The notes beneath the pieces were generated by a model, which was not told where the DNA came from, did no database searches, and saw only the letters and a program-made list of their open reading frames with translations. Below, piece after piece: positions 35,836 through 48,100 of a DNA stretch of 64,000 bases. Origin of the DNA: Hydrolagus colliei (lineage: Eukaryota). The translations under genes and the position numbers were made by a program. The DNA is taken from positions 4,154,001 through 4,218,000 of the forward strand of contig CM068771.1 of assembly GCA_035084275.1 (NCBI GenBank), written 5' to 3'. The number at the start of each line of letters is the position of its first letter. The stretch's first letter is position 1.

Positions 35836-37365
35836 TTAAACTTTTTTATTGAAAAGTTCTCTCAAGTCGGACTGTACGAGATCAGCGTGGCGTCGCTCTC
35901 TGATGCTCGCAACGATGTCGTTAAGTGCGTTCGAAAACTTGTTGTAGAGTCCGCTCTTTAGTAAGAAGCGTTCAGCCTCTCGCAGGCCAGTCAGAGCTGT
36001 GCTGGCTGTCACAGGCGAGGCCCCATTGTCCTCAGAGTCGCTGTCGCTGCTGTTCTCGACTAGTAGGCGCTCGGCGGCAACAGCTTCGGCCACGATATTC
36101 TCCTGACCTTGCGGATCACGGCAAGGTAGATCAGAGTCAATGTCCAGGAACTGGTCAGCAATCTGCCTCTCGCCCTCGGCCTCTGTGCTTGTCTTCTCGT
36201 CAGCCTCAGCACGGGGAGCAGCGTCACCAGACGCAAACCCTGCCTTTGCGAAGCAATTGGATATCATCGCAGGCTCCATGCTCTCCCAGGCCCTGGCAGC
36301 CATGCCGATGGCATCCAGCAGGCTGATGTGTCTGGCCATCTTTCCCACCGAGGCCTGGGGGATGATGGTGTTGCTGTCAATGGCGTCGAGGAGGCGATTC
36401 CGTAGCTCCTCGCGGTAGGAAAGCTTCAGGTGTCGGATGATTCCTTGACCCATGGGTTGGATCATGGTGGTGTCCGGGGGAATCAGCTCCAGGCAGATGT
36501 TCTTAAGCGTTGGGACGGTCAGATGACACGTTGCGCTGTCCATGAGAAGAAGAACTTTACGCCCCAGGTTGACCAGCTCTGTGTCCCACTGCACCAGCCA
36601 CTCCTTAAATATCGTTCCTGTCATCCACGCCATTTTGTTGGCCTTATAGGTGACAGGCAGAACGGCGCAGTCGACTCCCTGCATACAGCGAGGGCGCTGG
36701 CTCTTCCCGATGACCAGCAGTTTGCGCCGGTCGCAGCCGGTCATGTTGGCGCAGACCATCAGCGTGACACTGTCCGTCGCTCCCTTTACACCACTCGGCT
36801 CAGTCGGGTGCAAATACGAGCCGTTGGGCACCGCGCGATAGCGCAGCCCCGTTTGCTCCGCGTTGTAGATGGCATCTGGGGCATAGGAAGAGAGCAGCAC
36901 GGTGCGGGAGTTAGCGCCCTCTAGGCCAGCGCTCCTCAGCTTTCCGGGAAACAGCCTGTACACTATGTTGTTACGTGCCTTCCAGCGGCTAAACCAGCCG
37001 TCGGTCACGGTGAACCCCGGCTTCCCGAGCTCGTGCGCCAGGCTCTGCGCCTTGGCTTTGAGGATGGGTCCATTGAGCGGCTGCCCCTCGGTGGACGCCC
37101 TTTGGAACCACAGGAGGAGAGCGAGCTCCACCTGGGGATCTTTGCCTTTGCGATCCCTCTTCTTACGCAGACCCACGTCGCCCTCGGCCAAGGTGGCCGC
37201 TGTCCGGCGCAGCTTCGTCTCACTGGCGACGAGGTCACCCAGCGTCGACTTCTTGACCCCGAGCCTCCTGGCCAGTTCTCGCAGGGGAGTCCCCCGCGGC
37301 TCCAACTTGACCCTGTCTAACACTTCTATCTTCTCCAAAAGTGTCCGGGACATTTTCTTCGACAT
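35836..37365 (-). CDS. TIGD-like protein, copy 2 (509 aa)
   Basis: Intact ORF with 6 amino-acid differences from copy 1. Confidence 0.9.
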   Translation of the reverse strand: MSKKMSRTLLEKIEVLDRVKLEPRGTPLRELARRLGVKKSTLGDLVASETKLRRTAATLAEGDVGLRKKRDRKGKDPQVELALLLWFQRASTEGQPLNGPILKAKAQSLAHELGKPGFTVTDGWFSRWKARNNIVYRLFPGKLRSAGLEGANSRTVLLSSYAPDAIYNAEQTGLRYRAVPNGSYLHPTEPSGVKGATDSVTLMVCANMTGCDRRKLLVIGKSQRPRCMQGVDCAVLPVTYKANKMAWMTGTIFKEWLVQWDTELVNLGRKVLLLMDSATCHLTVPTLKNICLELIPPDTTMIQPMGQGIIRHLKLSYREELRNRLLDAIDSNTIIPQASVGKMARHISLLDAIGMAARAWESMEPAMISNCFAKAGFASGDAAPRAEADEKTSTEAEGERQIADQFLDIDSDLPCRDPQGQENIVAEAVAAERLLVENSSDSDSEDNGASPVTASTALTGLREAERFLLKSGLYNKFSNALNDIVASIRERRHADLVQSDLRELFNKKV

Positions 37366-37485
37366 TATGGCTTCTTATGTGTTGAGAGGATGACACAAGT
37401 TTAACAATAGAAAATAATACTTCCGATGTCTCAAATGGCTTCACAGGTCTTTTTTTTGGGGGGGGGTGGGGTGGGGGGGCGGGAA

Positions 37486-37616
37486 GGGAGGAAATGTCTG
37501 GTTCATTTCCGTCCGCCGGGAAATGTCCGGGAAGTGTCTGGTTCCTTCCCGAAGCGGTCGATGTCCCGCCCCCTTTCCCCCCCTCCCGCTGGCTGCTGAT
37601 TGGCCGCCCCCAGTGA
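37486..37616 (-). promoter_or_regulatory. Promoter of TIGD copy 2
   Basis: Same motifs as copy 1. Confidence 0.55.
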
Positions 37617-39959
37617 GCTTCAGCGAGTGGCTTAATGGAACAGACCAGGTTTGAGGCAGGAGGAAACACACACACACTTTATCTGCCGTGTTAGTATTAG
37701 TGCCCAGTCCCTCTTCACAAGTACCACTTTACCCTCTTTTCCCCCTTTCTCCCCCGGCCCCGATTTGGCTGCCGCGTTTCGCCCACAAACGTACAGTCAA
37801 TTCTCCTACCCTCCTTCATCCCACCCCGACCCCTCCCCATCACCCCTGCTCTTGTCCCTACCTGTCTGTACAGCTCCTCGGGACGTCCCCTCGACGCGAA
37901 AGGCGATATATAAACGTACGTTTTGATTGATTTAGTGGATGAAACGTGGCAGCCATTTGCACACGGCAGTGTCCCACAAACAGCCGTTGATTGGGTGACC
38001 CACAATCGAGTAACACGGGCATTCCTACTTACCGCTAGTTAAACAGAGGCATGCGAAGGTACTTCCCTCCCAGGAATCGACTCTGGGTCCTCTCGCTCGA
38101 GAGGCGAGAGAGCTAACCACTGAACTGCAAGACTCCACAAACTCAACGGTGCTCGATTGCCTTTGCAATCTGCACACCAACTGATTCTCTGGGACTATTT
38201 AAGCTGTTGTTGGCTGAATGAGAATATTGGTCATGTATTGCAGAATGCACAGCTTTGAATATACATCTTGAAATACAATAATAATAATAATAATCCTTGC
38301 ATTTGACGCAGCGCTTTTCACACTTCATCGTCTTAGAGATTTTTCAAAGCGCTTCACGGAATATACTGTGAAGTGAAGCGACTGTATATATTTGTGGGCG
38401 AAACGCAGCAGCCAATTGCGCACAGCAGCGTCCCCCACACACAGTCGTGGATTGAAATGACAAATTTCTTTATTGTGTTTATTTGGAGGGATTATTATTG
38501 TGTGTGTGTGTGTCTACGTGTGTGTGTGTGGAGTAAGGAAACTTGCCCAAGGTTTCGCCCTGACCTGCCTGGATTTGAACACAGGTCTCACGCTCGTGAA
38601 GGCGAGTGCTCTAACCACTGAGCTACAGGAGCTACAGAATATAATATATTATGTTATAACGAGGGCTGGTTTAAAGCAAAATCTCAGAAGTATCCAATAC
38701 CAATGCCATTTTAGAAACTAAATTTAAAAAATTTTAGTAATTAAATTTAAAATATCTCCCCGAGAGCCAACCCCCTCCCGCCCGATCTAAGCCTGCTCTT
38801 CCCTTGTGGAGAGGTGCAGCCATGTGGTCGGTGACTGAGAGTGAAACTCGTCTCTTCGCTTCTCACACGATTGCAAACAGTGGCTCCAACGCGCCCCTCA
38901 CTGGCCAGCCTTAACACATAGCTTCCAATTGTGTGTGTGTGTGTGTGCACAGTCAGTATGTGTGTGTGTGTGTGCACAGTCAGTATGTGTGTGTGTGTGT
39001 GTGCACAGTCAGTATGTGTGTGTGTGTGCACAGTCAGTATGTGTGTGTGTGTGTGTGCACAGTCAGTATGTGTGTGTGTGTGTGCACAGTCAGTATGTGT
39101 GTGTGTGTGTGTATGTAAAGTCTATGTGTATGTATCTGTGTGTATGCAGACTGTGTGTTTGTAGTCTGTGTGTACAGTATGTGTGTGGGCGTATATACAT
39201 TCTGTGTGTGTACAGTATACAGGGCCGTACGCAGGATGTTTAATGGGGGGGGTGCGAATTGCTAGTGAAGGGACCAACAATGGCCGGGGGCTTGGGGGCT
39301 GCCCCCGGGGCCCCCTCGAGGCTCCGACGTTTTACACAGTTTGAAGTCTTATTTAATCGATTCAGAAGATCCAATATGAACGGTATTTATGCCCTTGGTG
39401 TTTAAGAGCATCATTATTTATTCAGTGTTTATATTTTCCCCGGTAGTCCATGTCTAATTGGGAAGGTCGAATGTGTTCGCCGATAAAAGCCAACACGATT
39501 GTTGACTCGATGATGTAAGGAATGCGAACGATAAAGTAAATTACAATCCAATTAACACAGTACAATGACGAATGCTTGATAAATGTATGTGTATAGAGAA
39601 AATGATCATAAACTACAGATTGACGGTAACTAATAAGTTGTTCTGCATTGTTATCCTAAGACTAAACTTCTTTCGGACTGTAATGAACAATAATGTAAGA
39701 ATAAAGTATGAATGATGTGCTCAGATATTCCAGCAAAGCAAATTTTATAAAAGACAAGAAAATATACAGAAACTGAAAATCAGTGGCAAACAGTTAATTC
39801 ACACGTGTTACAAGCCTGTTATCAGCATTATCCTGAAAATATCGTTGAACTGTGAGCAATAGTGTAGTTAGTTTTTATTTATTTAGAATCAAAATGAAAG
39901 GCAGTGACCCATCAAGCAATACTGACCTGACGAAAAAATACTTGAAAAAATAATGGAGG

Positions 39960-40380
39960 GGAAATTAATTCTTTAATAGCGTTCCATATTCGAGACGCCT
40001 CGGTCGCTTTTAAGCGAATACGTCAACCGCTCTACCAATATCGATTTCCATATTATAATGAATGTGCATTAACGCGAGTGCTGAAAGTCGCTCCTATACG
40101 GAGCAGAATGCTGGACACTTAGGCAAACCCAGGAGATTAGGTGACTCGTGAGGTATATACCAGGCTTCTAAGAGACGCCCTGAACGTTTACTGGCGACAG
40201 CATCTGACAAATAGTGAGCTATATGGTACACTACCACACTGGTATCACAGACATTACCGCAGAGGCGTCTTAGGTTTAGCGGACATAGCTGGAGAAGCCG
40301 GGAGGAAACTGTCCATAGTGCTACTATCCTATGGGAACCATTGCACGGTCACAGAACACGAGGTAGACCGACCCTAACCT
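39960..40380 (+). mobile_element. Decayed LINE ORF2 C-terminal fragment (RTE-like) nested in the DNA transposon
   Basis: Frameshifted ES-LLYGAECWTLRQTQEIR...YTRLLRDALNVYWRQHLTNSELYG, resembling the post-RT region of RTE-type LINEs. Confidence 0.6.
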
Positions 40381-40749
40381 ACCTCGCTACATGAAATGCA
40401 CGGATTATATTATTATTCAAAGAGAGAAAGAGTGACTTTCAGAGGAGTCACGTTGAAGAGATTTGTGTAGGAAGAGCTGTTGCTTTGCAGACTCGACTGC
40501 ACCTGTCCTTTATATCCCGCTGGTGTGAGGCAGCAGTTCTGGGGACCTCAACTCTAACAGGTGCAGGTTAACAATCCTTTAAGTTATAGCCAATTACGTG
40601 ACACTGCCCACAAACCCTGAAAATAAATCTCAGTTGTCAATCAGTCAGATATGCAACCTCGACCTTGGGAATGTCTTCAGATTCAGAGGCACTGAGTAGG
40701 AGGGAAAGAAAGTTTCCCACAGGTGATAGAAGACAGCAGCATCACCTGG

Positions 40750-41165
40750 CGAGTCGCCTGGCACAGTGAATAGCACTCTGGCCTCTGAGTCAGAAAGTTG
40801 TGGGTTCAAACCCCACGTCGGCACTCGATATCACACAGAGGAAGCTGACACTTCAATGTGGTGCTGGGGGGGGGGGGGGGTGTCCCATTGTTAGAGGCTG
40901 TTCTTTTGGTTGAGATGCTGAACCGAGGTCTGATCCGTCTGTTTAGATGGATGTGAAAAGATCCTCTGACACTACTCGAAAAGCGGAGGGAAGTCTCTCT
41001 CCTGTTGTCCTGGCCAACAAACGCCCCCAAATAAAATCGGTGACTCACTCCATCGGTGTTTGTGGGACAATCCTGGGCAAAAACTGGCCACTTTACAGTA
41101 CGTTCTGTGAAGCCTCTGAGCTGTCTGACAATGTACTAAGGCACTATTATCAATTGCTAACATTA
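40750..41165 (+). mobile_element. Deu-domain SINE (SacSINE1/AmnSINE-like) nested in the DNA transposon
   Basis: tRNA-like head (gcctctgagtcagaaagttgtgggttcaaacccc), Deu core (gagatgctgaaccgaggtc...gtgaaaagatcc...gtcctggccaa) and a LINE-like tail. Confidence 0.7.
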
Positions 41166-42349
41166 TCAGATTAAAATACGATTTCAGCTTCCACAAAGTG
41201 GTGCTACCTTTTTATGTAGTGACTGTATACGGGATGATTTCCGATTGACACACCACGTAGAATAGGCGCTAAAGCCTAGGTCTATGTCCATGCGTATTTT
41301 TTTTAAAGATAGGCATTCCCGTCCAGCATATAACTTTTTGTTGGGTTCTCAAAAGCTTTAATTTCTCAGAAGCTTGTAAATATGTTGTCATTGTTTGCTA
41401 GCATTACAGTCACACCTCTCAAAACTTGAGTCATTTTTACTTACGGTGATCAGATGAAAAGATGATTTTAACTCCAGAATTGGTGCTGCCCCTTGTGGCT
41501 GTTTACGGGATGATTTCCAAACGAGGATTTGAGTCTTGGCGCCTATGTTTATCCAATCACGAGTCACAGACTCGCCGCGTCATGGACTGGTCTATCGACG
41601 CGGTATGTTTTGGGGTAGACGCCGATTCTGGTGTGCGACTCGATAATTTTATATTAATACTAAATCATTCAAAGATGTGAGTTTATAATTTATACATAGT
41701 TTTGAAGAACTGATTGTTACTCAAATGTTCAATAAATTTACTTGGTATTTAAATTTGATAAAAAAATGCAATTCTCTACCCCGGAAAATGTGGACCTTTT
41801 ATAATTTGGGGGGGTGCGTACGCACCCGTCGCACCCCCCCAGCGTACGGCCTTGGTATATTGACTACAAACACTGACTACACACACACACACACACACTA
41901 CAGTGTGTGAAGTATACAGTAGTTTACGGTGTGTGAGTGTGTGTACGATCAGTGGATATACACAGTCACTGTGTGTCTAAATAAATGCAAACTAAGAATA
42001 AGAATAATCCTCGCATTTGATACAGCACCTCATTAGGTCTTTGAGACGTCTCAAAGCCAGAGTGTAACAGACTGTACATTTTGTGGGCGAAATGCTGTAG
42101 CCAACTGCGCACAGCAGCGTCCCCCCCAAAAGGTAGTGGATCGAGGGACCAAATTCTTATAGTTTTTTATTTTTTAAGGGATTATTACTCCCGAAAATGG
42201 CAACTCGCCAATCGACAGGTTTCTACTTGCTGCTAGGCATATAGAGGCTTGTTGAGTGAGGAAACTTGCCTCACTTTTCGCCCTGTGTGTGTACAGTCAG
42301 CGTATGACTGCCCCTGACTGTTTCTCTCTCTCGTGTCTTCTCCCCACAG

Positions 42350-42538
42350 CTGCCTCACTCCCTGCGCAGCCTCGACGAAGTCACATACGCAGAGATCAAC
42401 TGGACCCCGATGAGGAGACCCAGCCCACAGCCCAGGGCTCTGTGTGCACACACTGACTACATACACACTGACACACACACACTGACACACACACACACTG
42501 ACCCACACACACTGACACACACACACTACACTGACTGA
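42350..42538 (+). pseudogene. Orphan ITIM exon, unit 2 (ITIM kept, in-frame ITSM replaced by CA repeat)
   Basis: Same acceptor and LPHSLRSLDEVTYAEINW..., then HTDYIHTDTHTLTH...YTD and TGA at 42536-42538. AATAAA at 42992-42997. Confidence 0.55.
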
Positions 42539-42678
42539 GTACACACAATCTAAGTACACCAGCATCCAAACTGACACACATGTGGAAACACACACATTAG
42601 CATTCACACGCACATTGAAACACACACACACACACACACACTGACACACACACACTGACACTGACACACACACTGACA

Positions 42679-42950
42679 NNNNNNNNNNNNNNNNNNNNNN
42701 NNNNNNNNNNNNNNNNNNNNNNNNNNNNNNNNNNNNNNNNNNNNNNNNNNNNNNNNNNNNNNNNNNNNNNNNNNNNNNNNNNNNNNNNNNNNNNNNNNNN
42801 NNNNNNNNNNNNNNNNNNNNNNNNNNNNNNNNNNNNNNNNNNNNNNNNNNNNNNNNNNNNNNNNNNNNNNNNNNNNNNNNNNNNNNNNNNNNNNNNNNNN
42901 NNNNNNNNNNNNNNNNNNNNNNNNNNNNNNNNNNNNNNNNNNNNNNNNNN
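42679..42950. other. Assembly gap (N run)
   Basis: 272 N. Confidence 1.
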
Positions 42951-43705
42951 AATTTAATGTAATTTAATTAACAGTAATTTAAAAAATGAAAAATAAAATT
43001 TTAATTGAAAAAAACGTTTGGTGCAATGTATGAGCTCCTGTGGCTCAGTGATTAGAGCACTTGTCTTGCAAGGCTGGGGAGACCTGTGTTCGAATCCAGG
43101 CAGGTCAGGGCAAAACGTCAGGCAAGTTTCCTTACGCCACACGCCTAATAATAATCCCTCCAACAAAAAAAACACAACAATAAAGTTGGTCATTTCAATC
43201 CACGACTGTGTGTGGGGGGGACGCCGCTGTGCGCAATTGGCTGCCGCGTTTCGCCCACAAATATATGCAGTCACTTCACTTTACAGTGTAGTCTGTGAAG
43301 CGCTTTGGGACGTCGATAAGATGTGAAAAGCGCCGTATCAAATGCAAGGATTATTATTATATATATATGACCGAGTGAGACACCATTGTCCACGCAATTT
43401 AATAAATAATAATCCCTGTCTGACACACATACCTTCTCGTGTCTGGGGGACGTCTCAAAGCGCTTCACAGGATTCATCCCCCCTACCTCGTCTCTCCTCA
43501 CAGCAGTACTGCTGCTTCCGCTCTACTGGGTCTGGCCTCCTCCTTGTCCCCCCGAATCCTATGCTCTACCATCGGCAGCCGTGCTTTCCACCACTGTGCC
43601 CTGAAACTTTGGAGTTTGGAACTCCCTCCCTCAACCCCTTCACCTCAAACCCTCCTTTCCACCATCTTCAGGTGGCACCTGAGACCTTTCTCATTGACTT
43701 GAGCC

Positions 43706-44296
43706 ATACGGACATGGAGGTGCAGAGGGACTGAACGTCCAGTGTGAAAAGGAGACGTTCAGGACCGTGCAACTGGAAATTGTCGAAATGTCGGAGGGCG
43801 TCCGACGAGTCATGGATATAGTTGGGTAGGGATTGGACGAGGGGAGAAAAAATGTAGTCTAAATATGATGAAATGAATTCAGTGGGACAGGAGCAGGCTG
43901 AGACAACGGGTCTGCCAGGACAGTCCTGTTTAGGAATCTTGGGGAGAAAGTGTAGGCGGGCTGTGCGGGGTTGGGTGACTATGAGGTTGGACGCAGTAGG
44001 AGGAAGGTCACCAGCGGAGATGAGGTTATTAACTACCTCAGTGACGGAGGCTTGGTGTTGAGCTGTGGGGTCATGGTTGAGTGGAAGGTAGGCGGAGTTG
44101 TCGGAGAGCTGGCGTTTGGCCTCTGCCAGATACGGCTCCTTACGCCAGACAACGACAGCAGCACCCTGGTCAGCTGGTTTGATGATGAAATCAGGGTTGG
44201 CCCTGAGGGAGTGGAGTGCAGTGCGTTCAGAGGGAGAGAGGCTGTTGTTTGCTGTTGGACTGAAGGTGAGGCTCTGACCAGACTCAGACAACAATA
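43706..44296 (-). mobile_element. Penelope-like RT fragment (unit 2 copy)
   Basis: Same as 19610-20200. Confidence 0.85.
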
Positions 44297-44618
44297 TGTG
44301 AGGAGCTACCGTCAACACTCGCAGTGAACATCACAGGACTGTTGCCCACTCTATGATGTAGGGAATATTTGAACTGTTTGTGTGTGTTTTCATGTGATTC
44401 CCACAAACCAGGAAATCAGCAGGAAACCAAAACCAGAAATAGTCTCTGAACATTGCCATCTTGGGACACAAGTTCAATTCACTTCTAACAGTGAAGATTC
44501 TTCTCTTTCAGGACAAACCCAAACAGGTCAGTGTCAGAAATTGTTTCCTGAAATAAAATTAGACAGTGATATAAAAACAATCATACTTTTACATTATATC
44601 GCAGTTACAGGATTGACT

Positions 44619-44632
44619 GGTTTCACTTTCGC
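44619..44632. promoter_or_regulatory. ISRE / IRF element upstream of BTNL copy C
   Basis: Identical motif at the equivalent position. Confidence 0.6.
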
Positions 44633-45136
44633 ACCCTGTGATGTTGAGTTTAACTGTGAAATAAATGTTCTCCATTGTCAGGTTTGTGTAAATAGTAAAG
44701 CGGGAGCGGCTGCTGTGAGTTTATTCCCAGTTTGTTGTTTAAACGCTGAGAATTGGAGGCCAGTGAGGAGTGAGGGGAATGGGAGCCTCGTCTCTGACCT
44801 GCACCTTGTTGGGGGTGAATAAGGAGCAGCTCTGAGGAGAGGGAGGGGAGGAGCACATAGAGCAGTCACACACAACATGTTTCTTCCCCAAAACTACCTC
44901 ATGGAGACCCCCCAGTGTGGGGCTGGGGGGGGCCTCACTGTCACAGTTAAACTTCCCAAATCATTATTCCGACAGAGATGGCAGTTTGTTCTGCTGTGTG
45001 TGTGTAAATGTTGTAAGATCGCAGAATTATTCATTAGGTTTTTTATTTTGACCAATTATGTACAAACACAAATCTCTGTAATTATCTGATTTGCTGTTGC
45101 AACCAGATGTGATCTCAATGTGAAGGCCCGAAGAAG

Positions 45137-48100
45137 ATGATCTGGAAACGCTGTATTCAGGTCCTGTGGCTTGTGCTCCCCCTCTCTCTGGCTGGTAAGG
45201 AAACACGTTGAATCTGTTTGGTTTCTGCTGATGGTAAAGGGAGGACCTCTCCATTCTGGTTCGTGTCCATAGGAAAGTGTAAAAGTTCCAAATGACATTT
45301 GTGTCTATTTGCGGCCAGGGCTCACTATGTCTCCTCATCCTTCTTGATCTTCCCACGGCCACTAACATGGTTGACCACTTTATCCTTCTCCACTCCCTTT
45401 CCTCTCAGCTCCACGTTCGTGGCTCTGTCCTTTCCTGGTTCTGTTCTTACCTTTCCCATCGTCTCCACTTTGTTTCCACCAATGACTTCTCCTGTATCCC
45501 ACGCTCCATCACATGTGATGATATCCAGGGTTCTTTACCTGGTCCTACCCTTTTTAATATTTACATTCTCTCGCTTCCGGATGTGGGTGACAATCAACTC
45601 TGTCTCTCTGCCTATACCCCCAACTCCAGGAACAATGCTGTCCTGATAGATTGTCGGTCAGACAAGGCTTGGATGAGACCCAATTTCCTAACTATAAATG
45701 TACAAGACTAAGGCTCTCCATCACCATCCTTTCCTTCCATCAGCATCTCTGCACCCCGGGCACTGACGGCATCAATATTCGTGGATGTACTCTCCACCAC
45801 CAATACATAAGAACTTAAGTATTAGGCGCAGGACTAGGCCATTTGGCCCCTCAAGCCTGCCCCGCCATTCAATAATACCATGGCTGATCTTCAAATCTAA
45901 CTCCACCTATGCGCCTCATTTCCATATCCCATAATCCCTTTGTCCAAAGAAATCTATCAATTTCAGTCTTGAATATGCTAAAGGATTGAACATCTACAGT
46001 TTTTTGGGTTAGAAAATTCCATAAATTCACTAGCCTCTGAGTGCAGAAGTTTTCCCTCAACTCATTGTGAAAAGGCTGACACCTATTCTTAAGACTATAA
46101 CCCCAACCAGGATCACCAACCAGGGGAAACAGTCTCCCACTGTCTACTCTGTCATGGCCCTTAATAATCTTATAGGTTTCTTTCATGTCACCTCTCATTC
46201 TTCAAATGCAAGGATTATTATTATAGTTCAATTGCGGCTGCCAAAGGGAACTTCTACTTTATGTTAGTATGTCACTAACTTTCTGTTGATAGTTATTCTG
46301 AGACAATGTGACTGAAAATCCTAACTATTGTCGATTGTTTGTTACTGAACAGAGAGATTCACAGTCAATGTTCCCAGTCACCCTGCCCTAGCCATTGCTG
46401 GTTCAGATGTTGTCCTGGACTGTAAGTGTTCCACAAAGCTGCCATTAGAGGGTGTGGAGGTGAGATGGTTCAGGGTGAGATTCGACTCCCCTGTGCACTT
46501 ATTTAAAGAGGGACATCATCAACTGGATATACAGGATGAAGCCTATAGACACAGAACACAACTGTTTGAAGAGAAGTTTATCAATGGTGATGTGTCTCTC
46601 AGACTGGAAGATGTACGGGTGACAGATCATGGAGAGTACACATGTTTCGTCGAGTACGACGGATCGTATGAACAGGGAGTGATAGAGTTGAAAGTTATAG
46701 GTCAGTAATGTTTCCAATTCATTTTATTACATGTAATCTGTGTGTGCAAGAATTCACTCATCTTTAATAAGTTCAAAGTACAATAATTTCTATGAACAAG
46801 AATGTCCGTTTATTCAGAATGTTGTAGATGTGTTTTTGTTAAGTTACTGCACTGTAATGTCCCGGGTAAAATATTGTCTGATTCATGTCTCCTGTCTCTT
46901 CCAGGCCTTGGCAGTCAGCCTTGGATTCATGTTGATGGACAACACAATGGTGGTGTGATGCTATTGTGTGAATCCAGTGGATGGTTCCCAGCACCAGAGG
47001 TTCTGTGGTTTGATGATCAGGGAAACAAATTATCAACACTCAGTAACTGGACAGTCAAACAGGATTCTAAAGGTCTCTTCAGTGTTCAAAGCCAAATAGA
47101 AATAATCCATTCAACCAACAAGATCAAGTGTCTGATTCATAATTCAGAAAATGAACAAGAAGGAAAACTCCAAATCTTGGGTTGGTAAACACAGTAAATA
47201 TTAATGTTGGTCTGAAAAATATGATGTAGATTTATTATAATAACTCTTGCATTTGAAATAACACTTTTCACGTTTTCTATGCATCTCAAATTGCTTCACA
47301 GAATATACTGTAAAATATATTGGCTGTGTATACATGGGCGAAACGTGGCAGAAAGTTGCGCACAGCAGTGTCCCTCAAACAGCTGTGTATTAAAATAACC
47401 AATTATTATTGTGTCTTTTTGAGGGACTATTATTAGCTGTGCAGAGTAAGGAAACTTGCCCAAAGTTTCACCCCACCGGGAATCAAACTCACGTCTCGCG
47501 CTTGTCAGGGGAGTGCTCTAATCACTGAGCTACAGGACTCCATAAAGTATTGTACAGGACTTCACTTGATGTGTTGTACAACACATGAAGTGAATACATA
47601 TCGGTCTGGATGATACGGTCTATCTAATTTCATCCTTTCAAAATATGAAACTCGTAAGAATTAGGAGCAGGAGTAGGCCACTCGGTCGCTCGAGCCTGCC
47701 CCACCATTCAATAAGATCATGGCTGATCTATTCTAACTCCATCTACCCGCGTTATCCCCATATCCATTCATCATCTCCTTTATCTCTCTATTATCCCTCT
47801 CATCATCTTTAATAACAACTATTTACATTTGTAAATTGCCTTTCACATCGAGACAACGTCCCAATGTGGAAGATGCTATAAAACGTCAAAGATTTGGTCA
47901 TCAGCTGGGGGATAGGGTCAAGAAGGATGGAAGGCAGGTGGGTGGGAGTAGGTGGGTGACCGAATGTATGGTCAAAGTGGTGGGTGTTGAAGGTGAGAAG
48001 GGACAGCCCGAGGTGGAGGGACTGTGGATGGGGTTCCAAAAATACCTCCGTACTCCAGCCCACCCAACCTTCCTGTTAATTATTCAAGCTGCTTATTATG

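Larger units (their letters stand above)
39220..41854. mobile_element. Non-autonomous DNA transposon (2635 bp) with 13-bp TIRs and a 5-bp TSD, unit 2 only
   Basis: Ends CAGGGCCGTACGC and GCGTACGGCCTTG; subterminal GGGGGGGTGCG motifs; TSD GTATA at 39215-39219 and 41855-41859; empty sites at 17039-17043 and 63585-63589. Confidence 0.88.
22224..46318. repeat. Tandem segmental duplication unit 2 (24095 bp)
   Basis: Colinear with unit 1. Longer mainly because of the 39220-41854 insertion; lacks most of the L2 fragment seen at 17365-17820. Confidence 0.97.

Noticed and set aside
40392-40612. Possible solo LTR (minus strand TG...CA with TATAAA-like box)
   Set aside because: No TSD and no second copy in the window; cannot be supported.
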